32,000 nucleotides of DNA from Wolbachia endosymbiont of Onchocerca ochengi. GTDB lineage: Bacteria; Pseudomonadota; Alphaproteobacteria; Rickettsiales; Anaplasmataceae. This document shows positions 18,018 to 28,935 of the stretch, piece after piece. The stretch is from NCBI RefSeq assembly GCF_000306885.1, contig NC_018267.1, positions 810,001-842,000 of the forward strand, written 5' to 3'. The position numbers were made by a program, and so were the translations under genes. The notes under the pieces were generated by a model. The model ran no database searches and was not told the origin of the DNA. It worked only from the letters and a program-made list of their open reading frames with translations. Each line of letters begins with the position of its first letter. The first letter of the stretch is position 1.

Positions 18018-21000
18018 TTATATAGGCAAGCTATTTGTATCAATCTCTATACTTTTAACCCAACTTAAATTAGATATTTCATAAGCAATCTGAGGGGTAA
18101 TTGAATATGTATCCGGTAACAAGATGTTTACCTTATATTTTTCAAAAAAGAGTTTCAACATTATCTTGGTCCTGCCACCACTTTTTAACACTGAATTTAG
18201 TTCCATAGCAATTTTTTGCGAATTTGCATGTCCAGTTAAGATTAGTCTTTTTATTACAGAAGTGATTCTATCTGTAAATTCAGATATATCCTTTCCTGCT
18301 AATCTTGTTATATTTTCTGAAGTTTCAAGATCAATTATAACAAATGTTCCTGGCGAAAATAGACTTCTTTTCTCTTCTATTACTTCATTTTTGTAAAATG
18401 CTATTTCAGAAACATTATATGGGTCAGAGAGCGTAAGTATAACAAATCTTCCACGCTTTGAGGTTCTCATACGTACATTTAATACTACACCAGCAGTTTT
18501 TGTCGTTCTACCCTCTCCAATAAATCCAATGTTTAATTTTTTCAAAATAGTTCTAAATCTTTTAAGTGGATGATCAGTTAAGTAAAATCCCAGTGAAAAT
18601 AACTCGTGCTCTAGTTTTTCTTCTTTATTGAAATCTTTCACATCTTTAAGTTTCGGTTTTAGGACATCAAGATTATCAAACAAACCAGCTTGATTTGACT
18701 CCTTATGTTGTCTGTTTTTATTTGCAAAGTAAATCAATGTGTCTATTGACTCATATAGCTGCCTTCTGTTTTGATGCACACTATCAAATGCTCCGGCCTT
18801 AATTAGGCTCTCTAGTGCTCTTTTATTTATTATATGTCCCGAATTTTGAATGAATTCCCATATATTCCAATAAGTGCTCGAATTTGTGTGCACTATTACC
18901 TCTGCTATAGAAGAACCAACATTACGCAAAGCTGCAATACCATAGCGTATATATTCGCCCTCTATTGAAAATAGAGCTTGAGACTTATTTACGTCAGGTG
19001 GAAGAACAGCAATCCCACAAAGTTTTGCAGCATGATAAAACAAGTTCAGCTTATCTCTGTTGCTAATATTCAAATTCATCAAAGCTGTGAAAAATTCTAA
19101 TGGATAGTTGGCCTTGAGGTAAGCCGTTTGGTAAGATATCACTGCATATGCAGCTGCATGAGATTTATTAAATCCGTAACCAGCAAATTTTGCAACAAGA
19201 TCAAAAATATAACTTGCTCTGTCATAATCAACAGCATTTTTCATTGCTCCTTGGATAAAAAGTTCACGTTGCTTATCCATCTCTTCTTTGATTTTCTTAC
19301 CCATAGCACGCCTTAATAGATCTGCTTCAGCTAAACTATATCCGGAGAGAATACGTGCTATTTCCATTACTTGCTCTTGGTAAATTATTACTCCAAACGT
19401 TTCTTTTAATACTTCTTCGAGTAAAGGGTGAATATAGTCTGGTTTTTCAAGTCCGTGTTTTCTTGCAATGTAAGTTGGAATGTTATCCATAGGTCCTGGA
19501 CGATAAAGGGAAATTAAAGCGATAATATCTTCAATGCAGTCTGGTTTTAACTTGATTAGAACCTCTCTCATTCCAGAACTTTCAAGCTGGAACACCCCGA
19601 TTGTATCACCTTTTGAGAGCATTTTGTAAGTTCTGTAATCATTTAATGAAATTGAAGAAATATTGATTTTTTCCCCATTACGATTAATTAAACGGCATAC
19701 ATGATCTATTAGTGTTAATGTGCTAAGTCCGAGGAAATCAAACTTTATTAGCCCAGCTTTTTCCACATATTTCATGCTGTACTGAGTGATTGGCAAAGTA
19801 GAATTTGGATCGTAATAAACAGGAACAAAGTTTTCTAATTTTTGGTCGCATATCACAATTCCAGCAGCATGAGTTGAAACGTGACGATATATTCCCTCAA
19901 GCTTAAGAGAAACATCAAGAAGTTTTGCAATCACTTCATCACTATCTCGCTCTTTTTGCAGATTCTGATCAAGCTCTATTGCTTGTGACAGAGTCACAGG
20001 GTTTACTGGATTAAACGGAACCATTTTAGATATTTTATCCACTTGAGCATAAGGCATCTGTAACACCCTCCCAACGTCTCGTAGTACGGCCCTTGCCTGC
20101 AATTTCCCGAAGGTGATTATTTGAGCGACATGACCGTACTTCTTTCGTACATAATCAATAACTAAGTCTCTCTTTTCTTGACAAAAATCGATATCAAAGT
20201 CAGGCATCGATATACGATCAGGGTTTAAAAATCTTTCAAAAATCAGACCAAATTTTGTTGGATCGAGGTCTGTGATCTGTAACGCCCAAGCAACAATTGA
20301 TCCAGCGCCAGAACCTCTTCCTGGACCAACTGGGATGCCATTTGCCTTGCTCCAACGAATAAAATCAGAAACTATGAGAAAATATCCAGAATAATTCATT
20401 GAGGTTATCACGCTCAGTTCGTAGTTCAGGCGATCATAGTACTGCTCAATGTTTATGTCTATTTCATTTGCAATGCGTAATTCTAAACCTGTAATTGCTT
20501 GTTCCCTCAGTTCTTCATTTTCAGTTTTATTCTCTCGACAAGGAAATTTAGGCAAAATAGGCTGCCTACTTCTTGGCATGTAAGAGCATCGCCTAGCTAT
20601 CACTAAAGTGTTATGAATTGCTTCAGGAATATCACTAAATAGCTCCTTCATTTCTATCACAGACTTAAAATAATGCTCAGTAGTTGGTTTTTCCCTATTC
20701 TTTTCGAAAGAATAACTTACCTCTGATATGCACGTTAATATATCATAAGCTTCATAGTCAGATTTATTTAAAAAAAATACGTCGTTAGTTGCAACAAGTG
20801 GTACATTGTGCTGATAAGCAAAGTCTATTAAGACTTCTTCAAGTTCTAATTTTTCATTAAGCCTATGACGCTGCAATTCAACATATAAATGACCATTGAA
20901 TGCTGAGAACAGTCTTTTTACTGTTTCCCTATCCTGCTTCAATAATAATTGAGCTAATATTCCATCAGATCCACCAGTTAAAGCGATCAGACCTGAACTT

Positions 21001-21353
21001 AAACTTAATAACTCAGTAAAATCGGCATAAGGAATATCGTGGCTGTTTTTGCGCTTTCTAAAAGAATCACTTACTAAAGTAACCAAATTGGTATATCCTT
21101 GCTCATTTTTTGCAAGTAATAATATGGGTAAATTTTGTTCTGATTGTCGAACTATAATATTGCATCCTATTATTAGCTGTATCCCCCTACTTGCTGCATA
21201 TTCTGCAAACTCAAGTGAGCCAAATAAGTTACCTGAATCAGTAACCGCAACTGCTGGCATTCTATATTGCAAGCAAAGGCCGATCAGTTCCTCAATTTTG
21301 ACTGAACTCTCAAGCAATGAATAAACACTGTGAACACGCAAGTGTATGAACAT
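18018..21353 (-). CDS. dnaE: DNA polymerase III alpha subunit
   Basis: About 1111 aa from the ATG at 21353 (MFIHLRVHSVYSLLES is the PHP-domain start). PDFDIDF, GLIKFDFLGL and the FNKSHAAAY motif are present, as is a C-terminal OB-fold region. The ORF-track TTG at 21365 adds 4 residues. Confidence 0.95.
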   Translation of the reverse strand: MFIHLRVHSVYSLLESSVKIEELIGLCLQYRMPAVAVTDSGNLFGSLEFAEYAASRGIQLIIGCNIIVRQSEQNLPILLLAKNEQGYTNLVTLVSDSFRKRKNSHDIPYADFTELLSLSSGLIALTGGSDGILAQLLLKQDRETVKRLFSAFNGHLYVELQRHRLNEKLELEEVLIDFAYQHNVPLVATNDVFFLNKSDYEAYDILTCISEVSYSFEKNREKPTTEHYFKSVIEMKELFSDIPEAIHNTLVIARRCSYMPRSRQPILPKFPCRENKTENEELREQAITGLELRIANEIDINIEQYYDRLNYELSVITSMNYSGYFLIVSDFIRWSKANGIPVGPGRGSGAGSIVAWALQITDLDPTKFGLIFERFLNPDRISMPDFDIDFCQEKRDLVIDYVRKKYGHVAQIITFGKLQARAVLRDVGRVLQMPYAQVDKISKMVPFNPVNPVTLSQAIELDQNLQKERDSDEVIAKLLDVSLKLEGIYRHVSTHAAGIVICDQKLENFVPVYYDPNSTLPITQYSMKYVEKAGLIKFDFLGLSTLTLIDHVCRLINRNGEKINISSISLNDYRTYKMLSKGDTIGVFQLESSGMREVLIKLKPDCIEDIIALISLYRPGPMDNIPTYIARKHGLEKPDYIHPLLEEVLKETFGVIIYQEQVMEIARILSGYSLAEADLLRRAMGKKIKEEMDKQRELFIQGAMKNAVDYDRASYIFDLVAKFAGYGFNKSHAAAYAVISYQTAYLKANYPLEFFTALMNLNISNRDKLNLFYHAAKLCGIAVLPPDVNKSQALFSIEGEYIRYGIAALRNVGSSIAEVIVHTNSSTYWNIWEFIQNSGHIINKRALESLIKAGAFDSVHQNRRQLYESIDTLIYFANKNRQHKESNQAGLFDNLDVLKPKLKDVKDFNKEEKLEHELFSLGFYLTDHPLKRFRTILKKLNIGFIGEGRTTKTAGVVLNVRMRTSKRGRFVILTLSDPYNVSEIAFYKNEVIEEKRSLFSPGTFVIIDLETSENITRLAGKDISEFTDRITSVIKRLILTGHANSQKIAMELNSVLKSGGRTKIMLKLFFEKYKVNILLPDTYSITPQIAYEISNLSWVKSIEIDTNSLPI

Positions 21354-21915
21354 AAAAAACTTCAAACCAGCAATAAAAGAATACCATTAATTTACTTACA
21401 AGGATATAATTTCATGGAAACGAAAGCTTACTCAAAGTAACAACAAAAATTCCTTAATAACCCTTAGCTAGTTCCTTTACTATAAAATTAAAGTGTTTAA
21501 TTTTCAGTTTATGTAAATTAAATGATGAAAGCACTATGTAGTTTATGTTTTAATATTGAACTTTTTGTACTATGTGTACCTTATATTTTTACACCTTTTC
21601 TAAGGTTTTACCTATATATAGTCTAAAATATATGCTTATAAGGCACTTAAGGTAGTATAGAATACAAGTTTCTAAAATAAGAGAGCAAGTGACTAATTAT
21701 TACAGTGCTTTTTTACCTTTTTTCTTTGTTTAATAAACTTTTTAAACACTTATAGCTTTAAAGTCCAAGAAACGTCATCTCAGTACTAAAGCGTTAGGAC
21801 CCGAAAGTTTCTTAAGTTAGTGAACATAAAAGTAACTGCTTTATGCAAGAAGTAACATTTTTATGAAAAATTAAAGTCAGTATTAACTACTTAAACAACT
21901 CTTTTCTAGGCTTAT

Positions 21916-22734
21916 CTATTCCATTGTATGCGGCTTCAGCTCATTAACATGTAAACTCTTCAGTCCTACCTTATAGTTAGGATAAATTAGAGAGATACTA
22001 AAATCTTTTTTAATTTTAATATTACTCACTTTTTTTGATCCTAAGTAAAAACTTTGTGCATAATCTGGCAAAGAAGAAATTTCTATCAACTCTGGAATGC
22101 TAACATTTAGAAGTTTGGCTGCATATGTTACCACCTCAGATTGTGTAGCAGGTAAATTGTCTGCACAGTTATATATTTCTCCAGGTTTTATATTCAGCAT
22201 GGAAGAAAATAGAATATTAGATATATCTTCAACGTGAATACGAGAGAAAAGATGCCCTTCTTTTCGCACATTTCTTGCTTTATTAACTTGTAAGTCAACT
22301 AGTACGTTTCTGCCAGGACCGTATATTCCAGCTAAACGAAAAACATGTACAGGTAACTTGCTATTTAGCCATTTCTTTTCGGATTTAAGGCGGCTTTTTC
22401 CTCTGCTTTCTACAGGTTTTGTTTCAGATTCTTCTGTAACCCAATTACCAGCGTGATCACCATAGACGCTAGTTGTGGACAAATAGCCAAGCCATTTAAT
22501 ATTTTGAAGGTAATGACCATATCTCTCTAGCACATCATCACCATCCGGTGGAATGGAAACTAAGACATGTGTTACGTCTTGAAATGTATCTTTGCTTACT
22601 TTTTTGTAATTAAAAAGATTAATGCTTTGTACATCTTGACTCTTCGAAGTACCGCTGATTTTCCAATCTAAACTCAGTAAAATTTTTGATAAAAATTTAG
22701 CTACATACCCATAACCAAAACAAAATAAATGCAT
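21916..22734 (-). CDS. NAD(P)-binding Rossmann-fold protein (SDR/epimerase-dehydratase-like family)
   Basis: 272 aa. The N-terminal FGYGYVAKFL is a degenerate glycine-rich dinucleotide-binding turn. The overall pattern (YLSTTSVYGD..G.WV.E, FRLAGIYGPGRN) matches the small conserved alphaproteobacterial epimerase-like proteins. Confidence 0.7.
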   Translation of the reverse strand: MHLFCFGYGYVAKFLSKILLSLDWKISGTSKSQDVQSINLFNYKKVSKDTFQDVTHVLVSIPPDGDDVLERYGHYLQNIKWLGYLSTTSVYGDHAGNWVTEESETKPVESRGKSRLKSEKKWLNSKLPVHVFRLAGIYGPGRNVLVDLQVNKARNVRKEGHLFSRIHVEDISNILFSSMLNIKPGEIYNCADNLPATQSEVVTYAAKLLNVSIPELIEISSLPDYAQSFYLGSKKVSNIKIKKDFSISLIYPNYKVGLKSLHVNELKPHTME

Positions 22735-22739
22735 AGAAA

Positions 22740-23420
22740 CTAATTTTTAAAATTTTTCTTAATAAACTCTACACCTAATTTTATTCCCTCTTCATTGATA
22801 ATATGTCCTAATCCATGAATTGGGTACCCCTCGACATTTATTCCATTTTTCTTTAGAGCTTTAACCGTTAAGTCAAGAGAAGAAAAAGGCACTATATCAT
22901 CGGCATCACCATGAATAAGACACATATTAGGTTTTGACTTGATATTTGGTGCAACTTTTGAAGGTGAAAGAAATCTACCAGAATATACAACAACCGATGC
23001 ACAAGATTGAGTGCGGGTAAGAGCTGTATGTATCGCAAGCATCGCCCCTTGAGAAAATCCGACTAAAGAAAGCTGTGTATCTTTTAAGCCAAACTTTTTC
23101 AATTTTGTATCAATAAAATGATTTACTATTAACGTGGCATTTTTGACTCCACTGTACAATGCTTCTTCACTGCGATTTTCTAAACTAAACCACTGATAGC
23201 CATCACCTATTTCTCTTTCAAACGGAGCATTTGGTGCTACAAAACACGAGTCATGTAAAGACTTGCTCATAACTTTAGCAAGATGAACAAAGTTATCACC
23301 ACTTGATCCCCAGCCATGTAAACAAACAATCAAATTTTTCTTGTTTCCACTTACACAAATTTCTGGACCTTTAAGTTCAATCATTTCTTTTCTTTTTGTA
23401 TTTATACTTTTATCTAGCAT
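22740..23420 (-). CDS. Phospholipase/carboxylesterase-family alpha/beta hydrolase
   Basis: 226 aa. LHGWGSSGDNF, the nucleophile elbow GFSQGA, HGDADDIVP and GLGH give a Ser-Asp-His triad in the Abhydrolase_2 arrangement. Confidence 0.8.
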   Translation of the reverse strand: MLDKSINTKRKEMIELKGPEICVSGNKKNLIVCLHGWGSSGDNFVHLAKVMSKSLHDSCFVAPNAPFEREIGDGYQWFSLENRSEEALYSGVKNATLIVNHFIDTKLKKFGLKDTQLSLVGFSQGAMLAIHTALTRTQSCASVVVYSGRFLSPSKVAPNIKSKPNMCLIHGDADDIVPFSSLDLTVKALKKNGINVEGYPIHGLGHIINEEGIKLGVEFIKKNFKN

Positions 23421-23536
23421 TAATTTGTGCTTTTGTAAAAGCTATATTCAATGTTCTCATTATTAATGAGAAAAGGAAATTATGTTTGTGTAACGGGTTA
23501 TTTAGGTATATATTATAAACTTATTTAACAAAAATT

Positions 23537-23836
23537 ATGAATATCGACGATAAAGCAGTTTTAAAAATTTATAAACCAACAAAAACTGCAACCCAATCTG
23601 GTTTGGGTAACACACGTTTTTGGTATCTAAAAATTAAGCCAGATTCCTATTATATTGAACCTTTGATGGGGTGGGTAGGTTCAAAAAATCCAAAAAACCA
23701 AATCATATTAAAGTTTAATTCCCTTGAACAAGCAATATCATATGCAAAAAAACGCAACGTTAAATTCATAATTGAAATGCCAAAAAGTATTAGGAGGTTA
23801 CCAAAATCTTACGCAAGTAATTTTACATCAAAGTAA
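23537..23836 (+). CDS. ETC complex I subunit conserved-region protein (NDUFS4-like)
   Basis: 99 aa. IYKPTKTATQSG......W.L......IEPLMGW.GS.....Q..L.F.S.E.AI.YA.K......E.PK.....PKSYA.NF is the NDUFS4/AQDQ-like pattern found in alphaproteobacteria. Confidence 0.8.
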   Translation: MNIDDKAVLKIYKPTKTATQSGLGNTRFWYLKIKPDSYYIEPLMGWVGSKNPKNQIILKFNSLEQAISYAKKRNVKFIIEMPKSIRRLPKSYASNFTSK

Positions 23837-23969
23837 GTTTTATTGTAGTTTAAATCTTATGGATGCTTTTATGTACATAAATGGTATCACCACAGTGTCA
23901 GTTACTTGGATGATAGGAAGAACTTATTATAACACTGATACCTGTAAATTTATTGCGCGATTTTTGTGA

Positions 23970-26376
23970 ATGAAAATGAACTCCTTTTAAAGATAGTTCT
24001 AGGGAAAATTACTTAATTTTAAAAGTAACCTTAGAAATATATACAAAGGGTATCAAGAGCAGTAATGTAGTATATCATCACTCTTTTATATTTTTATATT
24101 GAAATATGATGACTCCATTGATAAACCATACAAAATTACCAAAGTTGCTTTTATATCGTTGTATGATAAAAGTAATAAAATACCAACTCTTAGTGAAATC
24201 CTGTAACAGCACTAAACCATTTTTGCCACCTTTATTACTACCCTGCATTGAAAAAGGGAAAGAAGATTTAAAGTTTGAAATTTGCAATTATAAATGGTAA
24301 AAAAAATTAAGTAAGTATGATATGGATTACATTTTATACAAAAGTTTCTTCAAGGAAGCAAAAACAGGTCGTATAAGTAATATAACTCCTTTGTCTATTT
24401 TAATGATAAATTAGTAAACATAGAACTTCAACATATCTTATACCAGGAAACTTCTGGCAGTGGTGTTAAATAAAGCATATTGAAAGCATTTTCTCAGTAA
24501 AACCTAAGAACTTATTAGTATATAGCACAAAATAAGAATGGTAAATACTATTTTGAACAGAAAATAAATATTATTGATTCACGAGATAATAAAGTGTTGC
24601 AAAAAGCATAATATCTTACAGTACAGAAGAAGCAGAAAAGCAACAGCAAATGATATACATATACTATCTAATATACTAGATGATATATTATCATCAAGTA
24701 AGTGCATTTATTAAATTTCTCACAAAAGGTCCCATAGGTAAACAACTAAAAACTCTTACTAACACTACTATACTAATGACAAACTTATAAACTCTATAGA
24801 AAAGTACTTAACCGACGACCAGTCAAGGCTTGGTAGATTATTGTTAATCACTGACTACAAATCTAGTTTAGAAATTAAACGAAACAAAACTGAAAATCAT
24901 TTCTCTATATTTAAATGAAGATCGACTCTTATCTTTTATTAAAGTATTGAAACCAAATCAGATAAAAAACACCTGATCTAATTTAAAAGCAAATCAGTCC
25001 AGAGTACTTGTTTAAAATATAGACTATCATCAACTTGTAGAACTAGCAAAAGATTTAGCTGAATAATATTTAACCATTCTTCCTAAAGAACGAGTAATTA
25101 CTAAATTTAAGTTCTAGTAGACATTTTAGAGAAAGATAAATTAAGAGCTTTAATTAATAAGCTAGATTACTATAAACTCAAAATGGTAGCTCAAAATCTA
25201 ACTGATCCTAGAAAAATTAAAGTTATAATTAATTCTATAATTGATGAGAAACCCTAAACTTTCATTCAGAGCGTACATAATAAGCAATTAGCAAAACTTC
25301 TAAATAATCTCGATGCAAAAGAGCTTAAAGATATCTATTAACAAGCTATCTTACGAGAAGAATGTTTTACCCCGTGATTGGTATAACCTTAGGCAACCAA
25401 GATCAATCCAAAGCTATTATTGAAAAGTTGAAAGAGAAATTTAAGAAGATGAAGTGAGAAGTTGAAGGAGATTACTTTTAGTAAAGTTGACTAAATGCAC
25501 TTTAGAGAGAGAGAGAAAGATTTTTGAAAGTGTAATAATGTTTCTCCTCAAGATTACAATTCTGAACCTCATAGAGAAGCATGACATATATTTAACATTA
25601 ACCCAAACATCATAAATTAGTATTTATAAGCCTAAAGAGAAAGTACTGTAGTGTCGAGGGCTGGTTTAAAATTTTTGAACAACATTTTGAGTAATTTATA
25701 TGTATAATAATTTATAGAATAAAGTTCAATCCTTGAAGAGGAATGATGCTTATAGCAGTACAAGGAAAAAGACTAATGAAAAAGCAATAGGTCAGATTAT
25801 GAGAATATCGATCTTGTTATGCTAAAATAAATACTGACAAGTATGTAACAGACTTGAAAAAAGTAGCAAAAAAGAAATTGTTAGTACTTTAAGTACTGGG
25901 TTACAAACAGTACAAGCCTAAATCTAAGAGACACTATTGATAATAGTTAAAGATTTGATAAAAAATCTTAGTAACTTTAAATAGTAATTAACTGGCTTTT
26001 AATGAGGAAAAACTAGCATTTTTCAGATCTATATAAATGTAACATATAAAATTATAGCTGTACCAGCTAAATATCTAAAAGGATTGCGTATAAGTGATCC
26101 ACATTTAGAGCTTTAGCAATTCATTTACTTTGGCTTATCATTACAACGGCAGCTAAACGGCCAACTAAATATCTACCTGTTGTTGGTTAAAGAAGAATGG
26201 AATAATTAACGGGAAAACTCACAAAAATAAGACCTATTACGTATTAAGTGATATGTACGCAAGTAGAGAAAACTTTGATAATGTCGATTTACTACTAGAT
26301 TATGTTATAAACATACTTCTCAAAATAAAACACGTTTATACTAACTATATTTACGGAATTCTGCAATTTAAATTTT
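23970..26376. other. About 2.4 kb of ORF-free, stop-riddled DNA; presumed decayed gene(s), unassigned
   Basis: The only ORFs are two mutually antisense ORFs of about 65 aa at 24078-24300. Plus-strand frames at 24.8-25.5 kb give interrupted Leu/Lys/Asn-rich helical segments, for example LINKLDYYKLKMVAQNLTDPRKIKVIINSIIDEKP*TFIQSVHNKQLAKLLNNLDAKELKDIY. Minus-strand frames look hydrophobic, but that can be an AT-bias artefact. I recognise no family motif. Confidence 0.3.
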
Positions 26377-26405
26377 GCTTACATTGTGTTACAATGTGTA
26401 TAATT
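26376..26405 (+). promoter_or_regulatory. Candidate sigma-70 promoter of the nitroreductase gene, with a palindrome in the spacer
   Basis: TTGCTT (26376-26381), 18 nt, TATAAT (26400-26405). The ATG lies 20 nt downstream. The spacer holds the inverted repeat ACATTGT-gtt-ACAATGT (26382-26398). A perfect -10 hexamer is not rare in AT-rich DNA, so confidence is modest. Confidence 0.3.
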
Positions 26406-26424
26406 CATATTCTTAAATGAAAAA

Positions 26425-26988
26425 ATGGTAAATACGCAAGATCTATTAACGTTGATGAAAATAAGGCACAGCGGGTGCTTATATGATCCGGATAAAGTAG
26501 TAAATCAGGAGGAGATCAATTCTCTGATAGAAGCAGCTCGGCTTTCTCCTTCATGTTTTGGTGATGAACCTTGGAGATACGTAATATGTAATAAGCAGAG
26601 TAATCAAAGTTCATGGAAAAAGTTACTGAGTTGCCTTAATGAATCCAATCAAAAATGGGCGAAAAATGCGCAAGTATTAATTATATCATTAAGTGCTAAA
26701 AATTTCCGAGAGCTGGATAAGGGGGAGAATTTTTGGGCTAAGCATGACACTGGTGCAGCAAATTATGCACTTATGTTACAGGCCGCATCTACAAACTTAA
26801 TGGCACATCAAGTAGGTGGCTTTGATAGAAACAAAATAGTAAAAAAATTTAATATACCTAATGATTTTAATATAACATCGGTGATAGCGGTTGGTTACGA
26901 AGAAGAAGGTGCTGAAATTAAGGAAAAAAAAAGAAGGCCAGTAGAAGAAATATTCTTTTATGATGAGTGGCCCAGTGAACTGACTTGA
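26425..26988 (+). CDS. Nitroreductase-family protein
   Basis: 187 aa. RHS......D.V...EI..LIEAARLSPS.....PWR#V# is followed by a C-terminal ...VGY... segment. This is the classical nitroreductase-fold pattern. Confidence 0.8.
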   Translation: MVNTQDLLTLMKIRHSGCLYDPDKVVNQEEINSLIEAARLSPSCFGDEPWRYVICNKQSNQSSWKKLLSCLNESNQKWAKNAQVLIISLSAKNFRELDKGENFWAKHDTGAANYALMLQAASTNLMAHQVGGFDRNKIVKKFNIPNDFNITSVIAVGYEEEGAEIKEKKRRPVEEIFFYDEWPSELT

Positions 26989-28133
26989 CCACTTTTCTGT
27001 TAATACTATAAAATATGGTTGTTTAGTAAGTAGGTTTTCTCATTTTTCTTTCTTGAACTTCTTGTCAAGATTTTCATAAAATTATTTATTTTTAAACCCG
27101 TAATTCATGCTACTTTATATATCTTCGCAAAAGTTATAAATAGCAGAATACCAATTATTTCATTAAAAACAGGAGCCTTCAGATAGTATTTCAGCACTTT
27201 TAAATAGCAATGTTATCAAATCCTTTAATAAGGATCTCATATAATTTGGTATATTATACTTTTCTTAAAAAACTTTTATGGTTCTCATATATGATTTTAA
27301 CTTACCTTTATTTCAATGCTCTACTTTGTTTGTTTAAAAGGATGAATATATCTCAGATAGGAAAATTTTCTCTAGGTTTACTTTAAGATAAGCAAAAGGT
27401 TTGTATATATAGAATGAATAAAGAATATTTTGATCGTCAATTGATTTTGTTCATCAAAAGCACTGAGATCAGTATAGCTACTGCTATTAAAATTACAGAT
27501 GTTGCTTAGTCAACATTGCGAATGCTTCTGATAATAAGATTATAAAAATTAAACAAATGATTTTTGGATTTCATCTTAATAGTTTACTTAGTAAGTATCA
27601 GGAGCCTGAATACTAAATCGTCTTCTAGATATAGTTCATTTGAGATTCTATATCGAATAATAGCAGAATGATTTTCAATCCTTTTTGCAAAGTCTTGCCA
27701 AAGTTTTGCTGCTTGTTTTTGAGAAACTTAACTTAGTTATATAAATAATCTTTGTCATTGTTATTTTTGCTTCCGCCTTAAACCAAATAAACTTAGGTTA
27801 TCAAAAGTATCTAAAATATTTTTTAGTACTATCAGATCTTTAGAAAGCAGATTCTTGACAAGAACCTACATTACCAAGAGGAAAGTTACACTGCATAGCT
27901 TCAAATTTGTCAAGAGCAGGATGAAAAAAGCTAATTTTAGAACTCTGCTGCTTTAATTAGTCCATTACTAATTTTTCTATTAGAAACACTTTCTTCCTTT
28001 CCAACTTAAGTTCAGCTGAAAGAGCATTTCACTATTGCTTGACATTAACTTAGCATCTACACTACAAAAAACTATAGCGTATAAAACAGCTATAATCAGA
28101 AAAGAAGTTTTTGTTTATATAGTCTTTGCTATA
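26989..28133. other. About 1.1 kb of ORF-free DNA; presumed decayed gene sequence, unassigned
   Basis: There are no ORFs of 60 aa or more. The minus strand at about 27,650-28,030 gives NALSAELKLERKKVFLIEKLVMD*LKQQSSKISFFHPALDKFEAMQCNFPLGNVGSCQESAF*. This is protein-like, but I do not recognise it. Confidence 0.25.
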
Positions 28134-28928
28134 ATGGTGAGCAGTTTAACAGACAAAATTCCCTACGTAAAAATGCATGGTACTGGTAATAACTTTGTTA
28201 TCATAGACTCACGTTCAACAAACAATTTAGAATGGAGCTATAGGGAAATTGCCAACCAAAATGGCTGCGATCAAGTTATAGTTATCACTAACTCTAGTAT
28301 AGCTGATTGCTTCATGCACATTTATAACGCTGATGGTAGCAAAGTTGAAATCTGTGGAAATGCAGCGCGTTGTGTTGGATATTTAATAATGTTAGAAAAA
28401 GGTACTGAGTACTCTACCATTGAGCTAGTAAATAAGCGTATTTTAGAGTGTTTTAAAGTCGGTAATAAATTAATAAAGGTTAATATGGGCAAGCCCTTGT
28501 TTAAATGGTATGAGATTCCTCTATCCATTGAATGTGATACTCTTCACTTACCTATAGAATTTGAGATGCTTAAGGATCCAGTTGCAGTAAATATTGGCAA
28601 TCCCCATATAATCTTTTTTGTCGATAATATAGGTACAATACCATTACTAAATTTGGGACCAAAGTTGGAAAATCATGCATTCTTTCCAAAAAAAACTAAT
28701 GTTAGTATTGCACAAATTGAAAAATCTGGAGAAATAACTTTGAGAGTCTGGGAAAGAGGTACAGGTACTACTGCTTCATGTAGTAGCGCAGCTTGCGCAG
28801 TATTTGTTGCATCTGTACTTCGTAAGTATCTGCCTACTAAGCAAACTTCAGTAAATTCACCAGGAGGGAACTTACTAATCGAATGGGTAAATAATGTATT
28901 TGTAGTTGGTAATATAGGGTTTCTATAA
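28134..28928 (+). CDS. dapF: Diaminopimelate epimerase
   Basis: KMHGTGNNFVIID, the active-site segments EICGNAARC and GTTASCSSAACA (both catalytic Cys), and NIGNPH are present. I chose the ATG at 28134, which gives about 264 aa, a typical size. The ORF-track TTG at 28035 adds 33 non-conserved residues. The exact start is uncertain because no clear Shine-Dalgarno sequence is visible. Confidence 0.9.
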   Translation: MVSSLTDKIPYVKMHGTGNNFVIIDSRSTNNLEWSYREIANQNGCDQVIVITNSSIADCFMHIYNADGSKVEICGNAARCVGYLIMLEKGTEYSTIELVNKRILECFKVGNKLIKVNMGKPLFKWYEIPLSIECDTLHLPIEFEMLKDPVAVNIGNPHIIFFVDNIGTIPLLNLGPKLENHAFFPKKTNVSIAQIEKSGEITLRVWERGTGTTASCSSAACAVFVASVLRKYLPTKQTSVNSPGGNLLIEWVNNVFVVGNIGFL

Positions 28929-28935
28929 CAATACT

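Noticed and set aside
18124-21324. Plus-strand ORFs 18124-18396, 19128-19316 and 21049-21324 inside dnaE
   Set aside because: They are shadow ORFs antisense to dnaE.
23772-23969. 65-aa plus-strand ORF overlapping the 3' end of the NDUFS4-like gene
   Set aside because: It overlaps a supported gene in another frame and has no recognisable features.
24078-24300. A pair of mutually antisense ORFs of about 65-69 aa
   Set aside because: At most one could be real and neither has a recognisable motif. They sit in a stop-riddled region, so I treat them as chance ORFs or pseudogene fragments.
25504-25515. (AG)6 microsatellite
   Set aside because: It is too short to be meaningful and lies in decayed DNA.
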